NCBI RefSeq assembly: GCF_001194135.2
Contig: NC_068981.1
Location: 47,938,115 to 47,971,546, forward strand
DNA from: Octopus bimaculoides
Taxonomy: Eukaryota
Length of the DNA stretch: 33,432 nucleotides
Reading direction: 5' to 3'
Positions 21,076 to 33,030 of the stretch are shown piece by piece; within the stretch, counting starts at the first letter, position 1; every line of letters begins with the position of its first letter. The position numbers and the translations under genes are program-made. The notes under the pieces are model-generated. The model did not search any database and was not told the origin of the DNA. It saw only the letters and a list, made by a program, of their open reading frames with translations.

Positions 21076-23204
21076 CGAATTCCGTAATTAAAAAGCTATG
21101 TGCCTCCACACACTCGTTTAACATCATAATGCACTTTTTTATATGAATAGCCATACCTGTGCTTATAATAATTTTAAGTAATTAATTAAGAAACGATCAA
21201 TACTTAAATCTATTTTGCTACGGATATTTCATTTGCTATGCTATTGAGATTTGTCAATCTTTCCCATTACAAAATTCGATCTAATTATTTGAGCCTGAGC
21301 AGATAGAAGGAAGTTTTTCCTTTCGTCTTCCGGGTTTCCAGTATCAGCAACAGATAAAGGTCTTAACTTCAAATATAATCGACAGATAATGTCTTTTCTC
21401 CCCAACCATTTGGCTTGTCATTTTTCTTCAGTTTTGGAATTCTAATTTTGCTACACATTTGAAACAAATGCAAAGATATATGTTCATCTTGTTATAAGTA
21501 TACTTAGTATCTTATACGAAAAAGTTCCTGTCATCCGATCAGTGTCTCCGAATTTTGAATACCATTCGTTTAATTTGTCTTCTAATTGTAAATGCTCAAC
21601 TAGAAAGAAATTTTTGTTGGCCCGAGCAAAGGAACTAAATCCTTAGGCATTTATGAATTACCTGGATATCAATATTTTACAACATATTTATTCCGTACGG
21701 CTATATTTCTAACGCTAATATTCGTAAGTAGATAATCTAACAACTCGTTGTTACACGCTAATAACCTCTCAGTGCCAAACACGGTTCCGTGTACGTAACG
21801 GTCGTTAATTGATTTTAATGCAACATAATATGAACTTAATTAGTTTGTCGTTTCGGTGTGATAATGTTGCGTTAGATTATTCAGAGATTATATTTCTGCT
21901 GATACAAGCATTTAGATATCTCCTTACAGGTAATAAATGTGCAATTCGATGTGCGAATTTGAGTCTTCGGGGTATACACGTGATTTAATTGTATTATATG
22001 ATTCCAAAATATGAAATAAAGATATCCCACAATCTGTGCATTACAACTACTCTAACCTCTTATTATGCTAATCCATCAACACAAGGAAATATCTACTCCA
22101 CTTGGAGTTACATCATGACATGTTTGCCAATAATATGTATACAAACTTTCATTACATTGTATGGCGCGCCGTTCTTAATAACAAATATTACATATTACAT
22201 AAGATAGCTATTTGATTATTTATCATGACTATAAATATTAAACAAGATCAAATCCTACTATTACGGTAATACTGTGGAAAATCATTACGGATTATGTTCA
22301 TATTTGTGATAACATCATTGCAAGATTTTATCTACACAGAAAAGTGAAATTTCATCCGTAGTGCGGAGGATTTGACTTGACTAATTTTATCCTGCGCTCA
22401 ACAACATTAAGGTTAGCTGCTATATGCCAATGCTTTACATCAGTGAAGGTGTATTTATTTCAATAATCGCTTTATGTATAAGATGGATATTTTATATATA
22501 AAGTCGTGACCACGTTTTTTTCAAAAATTAAGATTGTTATGCCCCAGGACAATTCGACTGAAACATATACAACGTAGAGATACACTTACCTAATAATTCA
22601 TGCAATGGTTCAATATTTAGAAAAAAAAACATAGGCAAAATCAAAAATATAGTCCTAATCCAAATTCCTTACATTTAATAAGTAGAAGCTAGTCTAACAT
22701 TACAGACCTCTTTTCCAAATGTTTGACCACGCCTGTACTTTGATATGAAATGCATACCCGCATGTGGTAACCTCCTTATATTGTGAGAATTTAATTAATT
22801 AATGTTTTATAGCAGATGACGAATTTACTACGTCAGGCATGCGACTATGAGCAATATTCAAATGTATTGAGAATATTAGAAACCTAAATGCTAAATATTA
22901 TACAATTACAGCTTTTTTGTAAAAATCCACTCAACTTTTATTTGGGTCACTTAAAATTTAGTGACTCTCTCTGAAGATTAATCAGATTACTAAGCTTCAA
23001 CGTACACAATCTTCTCTAAGGTAAATATCCGGCAGCGGCATTACAGCCGAATCTCACTGTCAACAATATATAGTATTTCAATGCCTGTCGCTGAGGAGAC
23101 CGTCCCTCTAAAAATCACATGAGTTGGAAATCCCGGCACCGCTAGCAAGCGGTTCTTGTCTGCTAATGATATAAGTACGATGCCTTATTACACGTGTTCT
23201 TGTG

Positions 23205-23516
23205 AGGGGCTTAGTTTTTAGATTTCTTTTTTCACGAACGTAAGATTTTGAGTTCGATTCCTGGCAGCACGTTGTGACCAAGACTAACAGAATTTATTTC
23301 ATGTTGATCCAAAAAGCTGAGCTAGCAAAGCATAGTTGCAGCTGTAATTCAAAGGGACTGACATATCACATTGTCAGTCACGCCGAATCTCCCTGATTAC
23401 TCTGTTAGGGGTTGCTTGTCTGTGGTGCGATCATCCACTTGCATGTTAATTCTATGAGAAGGCTCTGCCAATCATCGGATAAACTTGAACCTTATTCGTT
23501 GTTAATGACTAGGTGC
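23205..23516 (+). mobile_element. tRNA-derived SINE family C, diverged full-length copy
   Basis: GGCTTAGTTTTTAG (A-box-like), GAGTTCGATTCC (B-box), TTCAAAGGG, GAATCTCCCTGA, CCACTTGCATGTTAATT; reverse complement of 23755-24029. Confidence 0.8.
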
Positions 23517-23754
23517 TAGTTATGAACAGTCCTCCCAAGATGAATAACTCAGTATTCAGTGATCTAGTACAACATCCACCTTAATATATACATTAACATT
23601 GCCTTTGTTAATAATAGGTCTGTCTCTATTAATTATTTTACATATATACATACAATCAAACATGCATATATACGTATACACTTACATATATTCATATACA
23701 GACAGCATCTATACGAGTATTTTTTCACTCATTCTTATATATATATATATAGGA

Positions 23755-24029
23755 TCACTTCGTCGGTTATGACGCGGCATTAACGTACAAGTAGCTGAGC
23801 ACTACACGAACATGTGTACCCTTAATGTAGTTCTCATGGAGATTCAGCGTGACAGAGAGTATAACTAGACTGGCCCTTTGAAATACAGGCATTACTCATT
23901 GTTGCCAGTTGAGTGGACTGGAGCAACGTCAAATATTGTCTTGCTCAAGGACAAAACGCGTCACTGGGAATTGAACTCACGACCTGGCGATCGTGAGCCG
24001 AAATCCCTAACCACGAAGTCACGTGCCTT
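23755..24029 (-). mobile_element. tRNA-derived SINE family C (CORE-like domain)
   Basis: Sense head GGCACGTGACTTCGTGGTTAGGG...GAGTTCAATTCCC, then TCCTTGAGCAAGACA (CORE-like) and CTCCAGTCCACTCAACTGGC. Confidence 0.88.
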
Positions 24030-24030
24030 G

Positions 24031-24076
<46 letters not shown>

Positions 24077-24087
24077 NNNNNNNNNNC

Positions 24088-24121
<34 letters not shown>

Positions 24122-24122
24122 T
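24030..24122. repeat. (CA)n(TA)n microsatellite with gap
   Basis: Seen directly. Confidence 0.9.
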
Positions 24123-24424
24123 CACACATTATGCACAGAAATTATTTTGAATTTTGCGCGGGTCTATTCAAGACGTAACGGATTAATACGAGGTGAGATG
24201 GAGTTTTCATTGCAGGTACAGCGAGACTTCCTGAAAAGAATTAATGCTCTAGATCCTGATCCACGTATATCCGTTACGTTATTCTACGACGTTTCAAATG
24301 AGAAAATATGTTCAATTCCACTCGTTTACCCGATTTCTGTTGATACGTTACATATTTTTCAGTATGATTAGTGGTTAAGTTGGAGACATTTACTTCCACT
24401 CTTTAGCAATTCTATCACCCTCCT

Positions 24425-24447
24425 CCTCACACACACACACACACACA

Positions 24448-24520
<73 letters not shown>

Positions 24521-24545
24521 ACACACACACACACATATATATATG
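24425..24545. repeat. (CA)n microsatellite
   Basis: Seen directly. Confidence 0.95.
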
Positions 24546-24967
24546 CGCAAATCCAGTCGTTCGTTGCTGTTCATGTATTTCATTAGTCGATTTTGACCGA
24601 CTCCCAATCCAAGTTTTTCTTCAATGGTGATTTACCTTACGTTAAATATTTTCACCGATTTTTCTGCAAGAGCTTTTCGTTCAATTCATCGCAAGTAACA
24701 AGCTATACACTCCTATGGATGCTGCACAACGTGCAACTTTGCATAACTAGTAAATCAATATAGCATGTCAAATCCATTTGTGATTCATCTTTTACCTCCA
24801 ATGAAGAAGAGGGTTGTGTGTTTCCATACAAAATGATGTGCCCTACAAAAAGATGCAATTTGAATTACCTATAATTTTATACCAAATATTATACTAAATA
24901 CTGAATTACTTTTGATAAAAGACACGGTTTTGTTTGCTTTTCCATACGTATACATGTAGGTAAATAT

Positions 24968-25203
<236 letters not shown>

Positions 25204-25382
25204 GTATCATATTGTATCTTTGAAGCAAGCTGAAATGTACCCGGTGATGCCCGGAGCGAATTGAATAATAAAAAGCATCACATATATGAAAACATATGTA
25301 CTCACATATACGTGCCGCTAAATATATGTAACTAAATTAAAATTATTTTAACTCTTGTTCTTTATGTTCATACATGTACTTG

Positions 25383-25444
25383 TCTGTGTGTGTATATGTG
25401 TATGTGTGTGTATAAGTATATATACGTATATATACACACACACA

Positions 25445-25477
<33 letters not shown>

Positions 25478-25568
25478 NNNNNNNNNNNNNNNNNNNNNNN
25501 NNNNNNNNNNNNNNNNNNNNNNNNNNNNNNNNNNNNNNNNNNNNNNNNNNNNNNNNNNNNNNNNNNNN

Positions 25569-25617
<49 letters not shown>

Positions 25618-25660
25618 CAGAAATAGTTAGATAGATAGAGATAGAGAGAGAGAGGGAGAG
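25383..25660. repeat. (TG)/(CA)n-gap-(TA)n-(GATA/GA)n compound microsatellite
   Basis: Seen directly. Confidence 0.9.
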
Positions 25661-26398
25661 ATAACTAGAAATACATAGTAAGATAAATAGTTGAGTGTAT
25701 GTGAATGGATTATGTGCGCGTCTTTGTTTATGCAGTGTATATATTGCTATGCTTTTATAATTATCAATATTCTTTGAGAGAAATAGAGAGTAAGTGACGT
25801 GCGAAAACTATCAGATGTGATAAAGTGATACATAGGAATAAATGCTAAAACGTGTTATTGTGTCTCGTTGCGTTATGTTATGTCTGAGAATGAGATGATT
25901 AATATATGTATCTGTAAATTTTTCCATTACAGACAAGTTAGCTCAATGTGATATTCTATCGCTTAAGTAGAAACATTAATATGTGTTATATTTTAAACAT
26001 TTAGATAATACTGGAAATATTCTTCTATGCTGCTTGTTGATATATATTTAGTGTAGAGATATTCAATTTAAATCGACATTGCTGATGCTCCAAATGAATG
26101 AATTCCTTACAAGGATTTTGCCTTCGTAATATCACCTGTGTCCCTTAATTCTTTATCCGGTTACAGATATCATTTCATTCGGGTACTCATTGGCAAAGAA
26201 CAATTTATTGCAAGCGTGTAAATAATTTAAAATAAGAGAGCTTGTATTCATTATGAATGAGATTAGGATTATATGTTATGGTAACTAACTTGTAAATGAA
26301 ATAAGAAATATAGTGATAATAGCAATTAACCCACACGTATGAGGAACCAGCATACATTTTTGTTATGAAAGTACCGAAATAAATAAAAATACTACGTA

Positions 26399-26619
26399 TA
26401 ATAATGATTTCAAATTTTGGCACATGGCCAGCAAGTGCAGGGGAAGGGATCAGTATATTACATCGTACGCTGTGTTAAACTGGTACGTATTTTATCGATT
26501 GCAAAAGGTTAAAAGTTAATGTCGATCTCGGCAGTATTTGAACTCATAACGTAAACCCAGAATAAATGCCGCTAAACAGTTTGTCCGGCATATCAACGAT
26601 TCTGCTAACCCGCCGCCTT
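26399..26619 (-). mobile_element. Full-length SINE family B (tail type ii)
   Basis: AATAATGATTTCAAATTTTGGCAC...AACTGGTACGTATTTTATCGA...GAACTCATAACG...CGATTCTGCTAACCCGCCGCCTT. Confidence 0.9.
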
Positions 26620-26689
26620 ATTGAGGATAATTATCACCTCAAGATACATACAAATATGTGATAAACGCGAGTTCTCTAATCCAAGTTCT

Positions 26690-27491
26690 CTAATACACTG
26701 GAACACAGTTTAGAGGTAGATAATTGCGCGATACTATGAAAATAACCCGGAAGATAAACGTTGATGGCATAAACCAACGTGGGACAACATCGTAAGAATG
26801 CTGCAGAATGATGAGGGATAAAAAAAACTATGAGGGCTGGGGAGCAATAAGATAGTGGAAAGAGATGTGAGGGAGAGAGAGAGAGAGAATAATCAGTACA
26901 GAAGGAGAATTGGGAGGAGGTTTGAAACAAAATTGAAAGGTTGGAACATCATTCAATATCCTTTCATCTCATAGGTTTTTTGAAAAAAAACACATCATTT
27001 GGGAACTATTTTCTAAGAAAACGATGCGTATTGGGAGCTGCTCTAATCAGAATCCTCCTTTCTAGGGTTTTGGCAATGGTGAGAGCATCAAAATCCTCTC
27101 TCGCTGTCGAAATATTGTCTCTGTTTGTGTCCACAAATTCCATTAATTGCCTGTCTTCCTTCCATAGAACTGTGTAATTCAGAGGCTCATCCGAGAGATG
27201 TTGTTCAGCAAGTTCCGTCTCTCGTGGTTGATATGAAGGTTGTCGTTTTCGTTCTCTTTCTTTCGGCTTCCCCTGATGCAGATCTTGTTTATACTCTTAC
27301 TGTTGCTGAGAATGTTGTAACATTCCTTGATGCTGCTGTAGTTGATTAATCTGTTGTTGTTGTCGATGATATTATTGTTGTTGTAACTTCAATTGCTTTT
27401 GATGTTGTTGCTGCGGCTGCTGCTGCTGCTATTGCTGAGATTGTCGGCTTGTAGCTTTGGTTTCGAGATTGGCTGACTCAAATCTACTCAT
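26690..27491 (-). pseudogene. Decayed Gln-rich ORF of unknown family (possible retroelement ORF1/gag or host pseudogene)
   Basis: From ATG 27491 one frame runs 175 codons to TGA 26966-26964, with only 4 internal TAA/TAG stops (MSRFESANLETKATSRQSQQ*QQQQP...EPLNYTVLWKEDRQLMEFVDTNRDNISTAREDFDALTIAKTLERRILIRAAPNTHRFLRK*FPND). A shifted frame continues about 90 codons (DERILNDVPTF...PRWFMPST...VPVY*) with one stop. Confidence 0.55.
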
Positions 27492-27750
27492 ATTTAAGCC
27501 CACAAACTATCCCCAGTTACCAAGATTATTCTGAATGCTCTTCTTTCCAAACGAACATCAGTTGCAATGACATGTAGAAAGAAGAGATGAATAATCAATG
27601 AATCACAGTGACAAAATGGGGTAGGCGAAAGTGGCAGAGAGTATATAGCCCTACGCCAAGAAATTAACAAAAACTTAGTCTGAAACCACAACCGCAACAC
27701 TATTTATGTCTACATAAATGATATAAACAACAAGAACGAGATAACAAGAG

Positions 27751-27830
27751 CATAGACAACATATCAACATAGACAACAACAACATAGACAACATATCAAC
27801 ATAGAAAATATATCAACATAGACAACAAGA
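27751..27830 (+). repeat. ~17-bp minisatellite (CATAGACAACATATCAA), about 5 copies
   Basis: Units start at 27751, 27768, 27783, 27800 and 27817. Confidence 0.85.
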
Positions 27831-28464
27831 ACGAGATCAACACATTCAAAAATAGCAACATAATCAACAACAGCATAAAATCACAGAAACTTAGCAAAAA
27901 CCAATTACAGAACTTAAGAAATATTCACCAGGCTGTAGACGAAATATTTTCCTCATGTTCACTCTTCTAAACACATGCAACATTGTATTATTGGATTTTG
28001 TATGTCGAAACAAAACAAAATAGAGCCAGAAGGAAAGGAATTGAGGATTTCATCCTCAAAACCCAGAAAGACAGAATTTCAATAAAAACATCATCAGACG
28101 TTTATAAATCTAGAATACAAAAATTCCCAGGTAGTGTGGAGATTTAAAAGAAATCTGTCAATAAAAGGGTGGGGAAAGGGTCTTTTAAAAAAATTAGGTA
28201 ATAGATAGAGTATTTGTTATGTCAACGGATAGGGATAGCATAGGTTGCCCACAGTTTAAATCGGTCTGCTACAGATATCAGAAATGTGTGATGTGCTCAG
28301 TTAATTGAGATAGGACCCATAGACGGGGACTCGGTTACTAGAAGTTGAATTACTCTTTACCTTCTCGCAAAGACCACAATGATCGGATTAGCGATCTAGT
28401 AAAATAGCTGTTGATGGGCGATATCCTCAGCAATTGGTGGTGATCGCTCTGAAAGTAAATATAA

Positions 28465-28622
28465 CAAATAATCCAGAAAACTTGTCCGATCCTAGTTGAA
28501 TCCGAAAATCTAATCAGATCGCGCCAGTCACGAGGCCAAACGCCTCTGAAAGTTTCATCCGAATCCGTCCAGCGGCTCTTGAGATATTCTCTCCACGGTC
28601 AAACAAACACGACTGAAAACAA
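28465..28622 (+). mobile_element. Possible non-autonomous Helitron/Helentron (HINE/DINE-1-like) 3' fragment
   Basis: AAGTTTCATCCGAATCCGTCCAGCGGCTCTTGAGATATT...CAAACAAACACGACTGAAAACAA resembles the AAATTTCATC.AAATC.GT.CAG..GTT..GAG.TA...CAAAC motif recalled for these elements. No termini verified. Confidence 0.45.
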
Positions 28623-28644
28623 CAACTACACCACTACCACCATC

Positions 28645-28701
<57 letters not shown>

Positions 28702-28731
28702 AATAACAATAACAATAATAATAAAAATAAA

Positions 28732-28776
<45 letters not shown>
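28621..28776. repeat. Graded triplet array (ACT/ACC)-(AAC)n-(AAT)n
   Basis: Seen directly. Confidence 0.95.
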
Positions 28777-28777
<1 letters not shown>

Positions 28778-28993
28778 GTAACGATTTCACACTTTTGCCA
28801 CCGAGGCAGCGCGTGGAAAGGGATTAATTAGACTATATCAACCCTAGTGCTTAACTAGTACTTATTTGATAGACCCGAAATGATGAAAGGCAAAGTCGAC
28901 CTCGGCGGAAATTGATTTCTAAAAGTAGTGACGGGCAACATACCGTTAAGCATTTCGTCCAGAGTGGTAACGAATCTGCCAGCTCACCACCGT
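28777..28993 (-). mobile_element. Full-length SINE family B (tail type ii-like) between two (AAT)n tracts
   Basis: AACTAGTACTTATTTGATAGACCCGAAATGATGAAAGGCAAAGTCGACCTCGGCGGAA...ATCTGCCAGCTCACCACCGT. Confidence 0.9.
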
Positions 28994-29008
28994 AATAATA
29001 ATGATAAT

Positions 29009-29056
<48 letters not shown>

Positions 29057-29487
29057 TAGAGAAATTAAGGCAAATAGACCAGATATAGTTGTCAAAGATC
29101 ATGAAGAAAAAAAATGCTTTCTAATTGATGTATCAATACCAGCAGATGACAACGTTTCTCTAATAGAAATGGAAAAACTTTCAAAATACAAAGACCTGGA
29201 AATAGAGATAACTCGAATGTGGAATCTAAAAACAGAAACAATTCCTATCATAGTAGGTGCCTTAGGTATAATAAAAAAATATTCAGACAAATACATAACA
29301 AAAACACCAGGACTTACAAATATATATAACATACAGAAAATTGCACTACTGGGTACTGCACACATTCTACGCAAAACACTTTCAATACAGTAAACATAAG
29401 AGCACCACAGCAAACCACAGCACATACCCAAGGCGCACAGAGCTGCGCTCGGTAGTGAAGTGAAAGCACGTTATAAAAATAAAACTA

Positions 29488-29490
<3 letters not shown>
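29057..29490 (+). mobile_element. 5'-truncated R4/Dong-clade non-LTR retrotransposon: C-terminal restriction-like endonuclease (RLE) plus 3' UTR, embedded in (TAA)n
   Basis: Uninterrupted 111 codons (29058-29393): RPDIVVKD...FLIDVSIP...EKLSKYKDLEIEI.RMW..KT..IPIIVGALG...QKIALLGTAHILRKTL, carrying the PD..D..K RLE motif. (AAT)n lies on both sides. Confidence 0.92.
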
Positions 29491-29528
<38 letters not shown>

Positions 29529-29572
29529 TGATGATGATGACGATGATGATGATGATGATGATGATGATGATA
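29491..29572. repeat. (AAT)n(GAT)n tract
   Basis: Seen directly. Confidence 0.95.
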
Positions 29573-29750
29573 AAGATTGGTGTTAATATCAAGGTAGAAC
29601 ACCTACAAAAATCACCATTGCTCGAAATGAAAATAATGTTCGCAGGGTTCTTGAAGCATGACCAGTAAACAAGTATGACCCCGGTCTGCTGACTTTAGAT
29701 ATCTAACACTTTCCATAATACCCAGCAAGATAAGCTCCGTTTTCGTAACA
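29573..29750 (+). mobile_element. Older, decayed 3' end of a second RLE-type LINE family
   Basis: KIGVNIKVEHLQKSPLL-(frameshift)-RRVLEA* (stop 29659-29661) parallels the C-terminus QKIALLGTAHILRKTL of the neighbouring element, with a different 3' UTR. Confidence 0.6.
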
Positions 29751-30622
29751 ACAGCACTAACAACAAATAGAACAACAACGACAACGACACCGATGACAAC
29801 AACAACAATTCTAACTTAGCCATAAAGCTGTGCTCCTAAAACCGTCTGTAGAGTGCAAGTGAAGTCACGTTCTAACGTGTTGGGAGGCCTTACAGTCTTA
29901 TGTGTCCATAGTGTCTATAGCTGTCCATATATCTTAACCTTTACGTTGCTGCTCTTCACTTGATCATGGTGTGTCATTAAAGTGACCGAGATTAAGTAGT
30001 CATTGAGAGTGGCCATTGTCATTTTCTTTCATTATACTGTGGATATTGTTTGCTGGCAACAATGTCTAACATTCGTCTCTAAAAACTGGACAATTGAGAA
30101 AACATAAAGACGCGAAGGTAAGAATTACACGTTTCTGGTATTTCAATGCATCAATATTAGCTATTGTTAACGGGCAGTTGGAATTATATGAAAAGAGAAA
30201 AAGACGCATGTGACCAACTTCCTGATAACTCTCAAATACAAAGAAAATTGCTTGTTAATATCCTTACCTAATATTACTTATCGTTACCACACACATTTAA
30301 CTCAAATTCCTCTCCATATAAATGCAAACATATTCATTCTCTTATACATTTTATATTTAGTTTTATTACAATTATTACTTTTGTCAGTCGTATAGAACAT
30401 CTCTTAGCATATTTAGATGCAAATGAAACGACGTTGGTCTTCTGTGGAGTTGGTAAGGAGAGGTGCTTCCGTAGCATTGGTTTTCTCTTTGTCGCTTTGT
30501 AATAGCTCGGAGTTAAGACACCAAAGAAACCAAATAGATCTACCTGAAACTCTGTCAGATTTTCGCGGGGTGTGATCAGCATGTTGCACTTTTAAATCTA
30601 TGTCAGAATTTGTGGCACTCAC

Positions 30623-30700
30623 CGATCAGAAACTTCATCATGCCAAGTTCAATGTACAGAACCTTCTCGAGTGTCTGTTTGAGACTTGAATGAAGTGTCT
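30623..30700 (-). CDS. Candidate 78-nt phase-1 exon (xTLHSSLKQTLEKVLYIELGMMKFLI)
   Basis: Acceptor CTTTAATTTAG| and consensus donor TCG|GTGAGT; only the phase-1 frame is open. Confidence 0.3.
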
Positions 30701-30733
30701 CTAAATTAAAGCAAAGCTAAAGCCTAATACTAT

Positions 30734-30911
30734 TAATGATAGTCCCAAATTTTTGTCAAGCTAGGGGTTAGTGGATTACATCGATGCTATTATACAATTC
30801 GTCCTTTAATTTGACTTTTAAATGGATGAAAAGTAAAGTGGACTTCGGAGAGCCTTGCGTTGAAATCATAAGGAGCGAGAACGAATGCCGATGAGCGATT
30901 TGTCCAATGTG
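30734..30911 (-). mobile_element. Degenerate SINE family B
   Basis: GTGGATTACATCGAT...GGATGAAAAGTAAAGTGGACTTCGG...GAACGAATGCCG...TTTGTCC. Confidence 0.7.
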
Positions 30912-32809
30912 TACAGCTTATATATCTGTTGAACCTGAAGTCCTAAATCATCTGCTTAATCAACTGATGAAAATCAGCTCAGAAAATACGGATTCTTCAA
31001 CGAATTCCTCAACTGCAGCTTGAAACATCCACGTCATCCCAATATAAACGCAAGTATACACAAGATGTTGAAATTGCTGTAGCTCAGACTACAATTAATA
31101 TTTCATTTATTAACATACTTTCAATCGTTAACGTATTTTACGTTGTCTCACCTTCAAATATATTACTCTTCTCTCTGGATATTGTTTTTTTTTTTCCAAT
31201 AATGGAATTTCCATATCTTAATCGCACATAATTACAATGATATACTTAAGAAAATTTCAGGAAAATGAAATATCTACCAAAACATGAAGTTTGAAACTCA
31301 TCCAATATATCACGAGATTCATATGAGCAGAGAAGCGGAAATAATCCAGAGCACCTATGGCAAAATTATTAAATTATTAAATGTAGCGAAAGAAGACGCT
31401 GGGAAAATTATTTTGAAAACATATTTGTCATATCTTTTCTTTTCCACACTGCCCTAACTCAAAAGAACCTGACCACAAATCCAATAGTAGCACTCCTGAT
31501 CATGTACTTCAAAGTGATTCACACATACAGGTATGCAAAATAAAACACAAGCACACACACACACACGTACACACATACATACACAGATATACATACACAC
31601 AAACACACGTAGTTATTGATCTCAACTTTAGAATGTTTCCCTCTCAAAGAGCTATAAACATTTTTCTTTTATTAACGATTCACATATTTGCTATATTTTT
31701 CTGACACACTAACACACGTCCGCATACATAAACACAGACGCACGCACACTCAGATATCTTCGTATGCCTCTGTGTCCACATTCAATACTTGTGCCTACAC
31801 ATACATAGAGAGATAAATAGAGAGACAGTGAGAAAGAAAGAGTGGGTTGGGAATTAGGGAAAGAAGCATTGTGGCTATCCCAAACGTCCTCGTATAATAC
31901 TATTTCAATGCCGTGTATTCAGCGCGTCCTGTAGTCGTTGTAAATGGCATTAAAAATAATTTTAGAAATTATAAGATCCTTAGTGCTGGCTTTAGAACCG
32001 TAAAATGTAAATCTGGGGGGATTTCGTGATGTCATGACATATTGTTTCTTAGATACGCTTGGTTTCTTACCTGAGGTTTTTAAATTCTTATATTTGTGGA
32101 ATTCGATTTAAAAAATGCATCACATTATAAGTTACAATGACTTCTTGTCCTAATACATAACAAACGGACAAGAACATATCATATATATATATGTGTGTGC
32201 GTGTGTATGTGTGAGTGTGTGTGAGTATACATAGATATATTCAAATGTGTATGTTTCATTGTGTGGGGAGGAGTGAGTACGTGTGTTAGTATCTGAGATA
32301 AAATACAGCAAATGTGCAAATCATTAAAAAAAAATGTGGCTTTTATAGCTTTTCTAAACAGATATTTTGCTCAAATGCTTTCACCTGTTTATGCTAAACA
32401 TCGTTCTTTTCCGAGCTATTTATACTGTAACCATTGTTTTTTTTTTGTTTTTTTTTCACATCAGGGGAAGGGATAATGCTGAAAACCCTAAATGAAGTAG
32501 GTACTCTATTGAACACTAGATGAGAACCAACTCAGTTAAAGAGACTTTAAGAAATTTGTTTTATATAATTGAAAATGCTCTCTCCAACCGCTTACGAGCA
32601 TAAGTGTACACATACAGCTCATACTGATCTAGTCCAGACTACCATTGCTATTTTCTATATCAATTTCTTTATTTCTCTCATTCACATATTGTACATCTTT
32701 CCAGCTTTGATATTGTCTTTATCTTTCTGCTATGTTTTTTTTTCCTATCAGTAAGCGTATACTGAAATCTCAATCTGGCATAATTAGGATTATATACACA
32801 AAACGCATA

Positions 32810-33030
32810 CTTATTTCTTTATTGCCCACACGGGGTTAAACATAAAGTGGACAAACAAGGACAAAGGGATTAAGTCGATTAGATCAACCCCAATGCGTAA
32901 CTGGTACTTAATTTATCGACCTCGAAAGGATGAAAGGGAAAGTCGACCTCTGTGGAGTTGAACTCAGAACGTAACGGCAGACGAAATACCGGTAAGAATT
33001 TCGCCCGGTGTGCTAACGTTTCTGCCAGCT
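32810..33030 (-). mobile_element. Young SINE family B (tail type iii)
   Basis: CTTATTTCTTTATTGCCCAC...AAGTCGATTAGATCAACCCCAATGCGTAACTGGTACTTAATTTATCGACCTCGAAAGGATGAAAGG...GCTAACGTTTCTGCCAGCT. Confidence 0.93.

Noticed and set aside
24147-24371. 74-aa plus-strand ORF (MNFARVYSRR...)
   Set aside because: No recognisable motif; the internal GT..AG pair is too short for an intron, and the opposite strand is similarly open.
26964-27491. Ciliate contaminant or genuine code reassignment as the explanation of the Gln ORF
   Set aside because: Not adopted as the call: no gap separates it from a host SINE at 26399-26619, and the downstream continuation has a frameshift and a TGA, consistent with ordinary decay.
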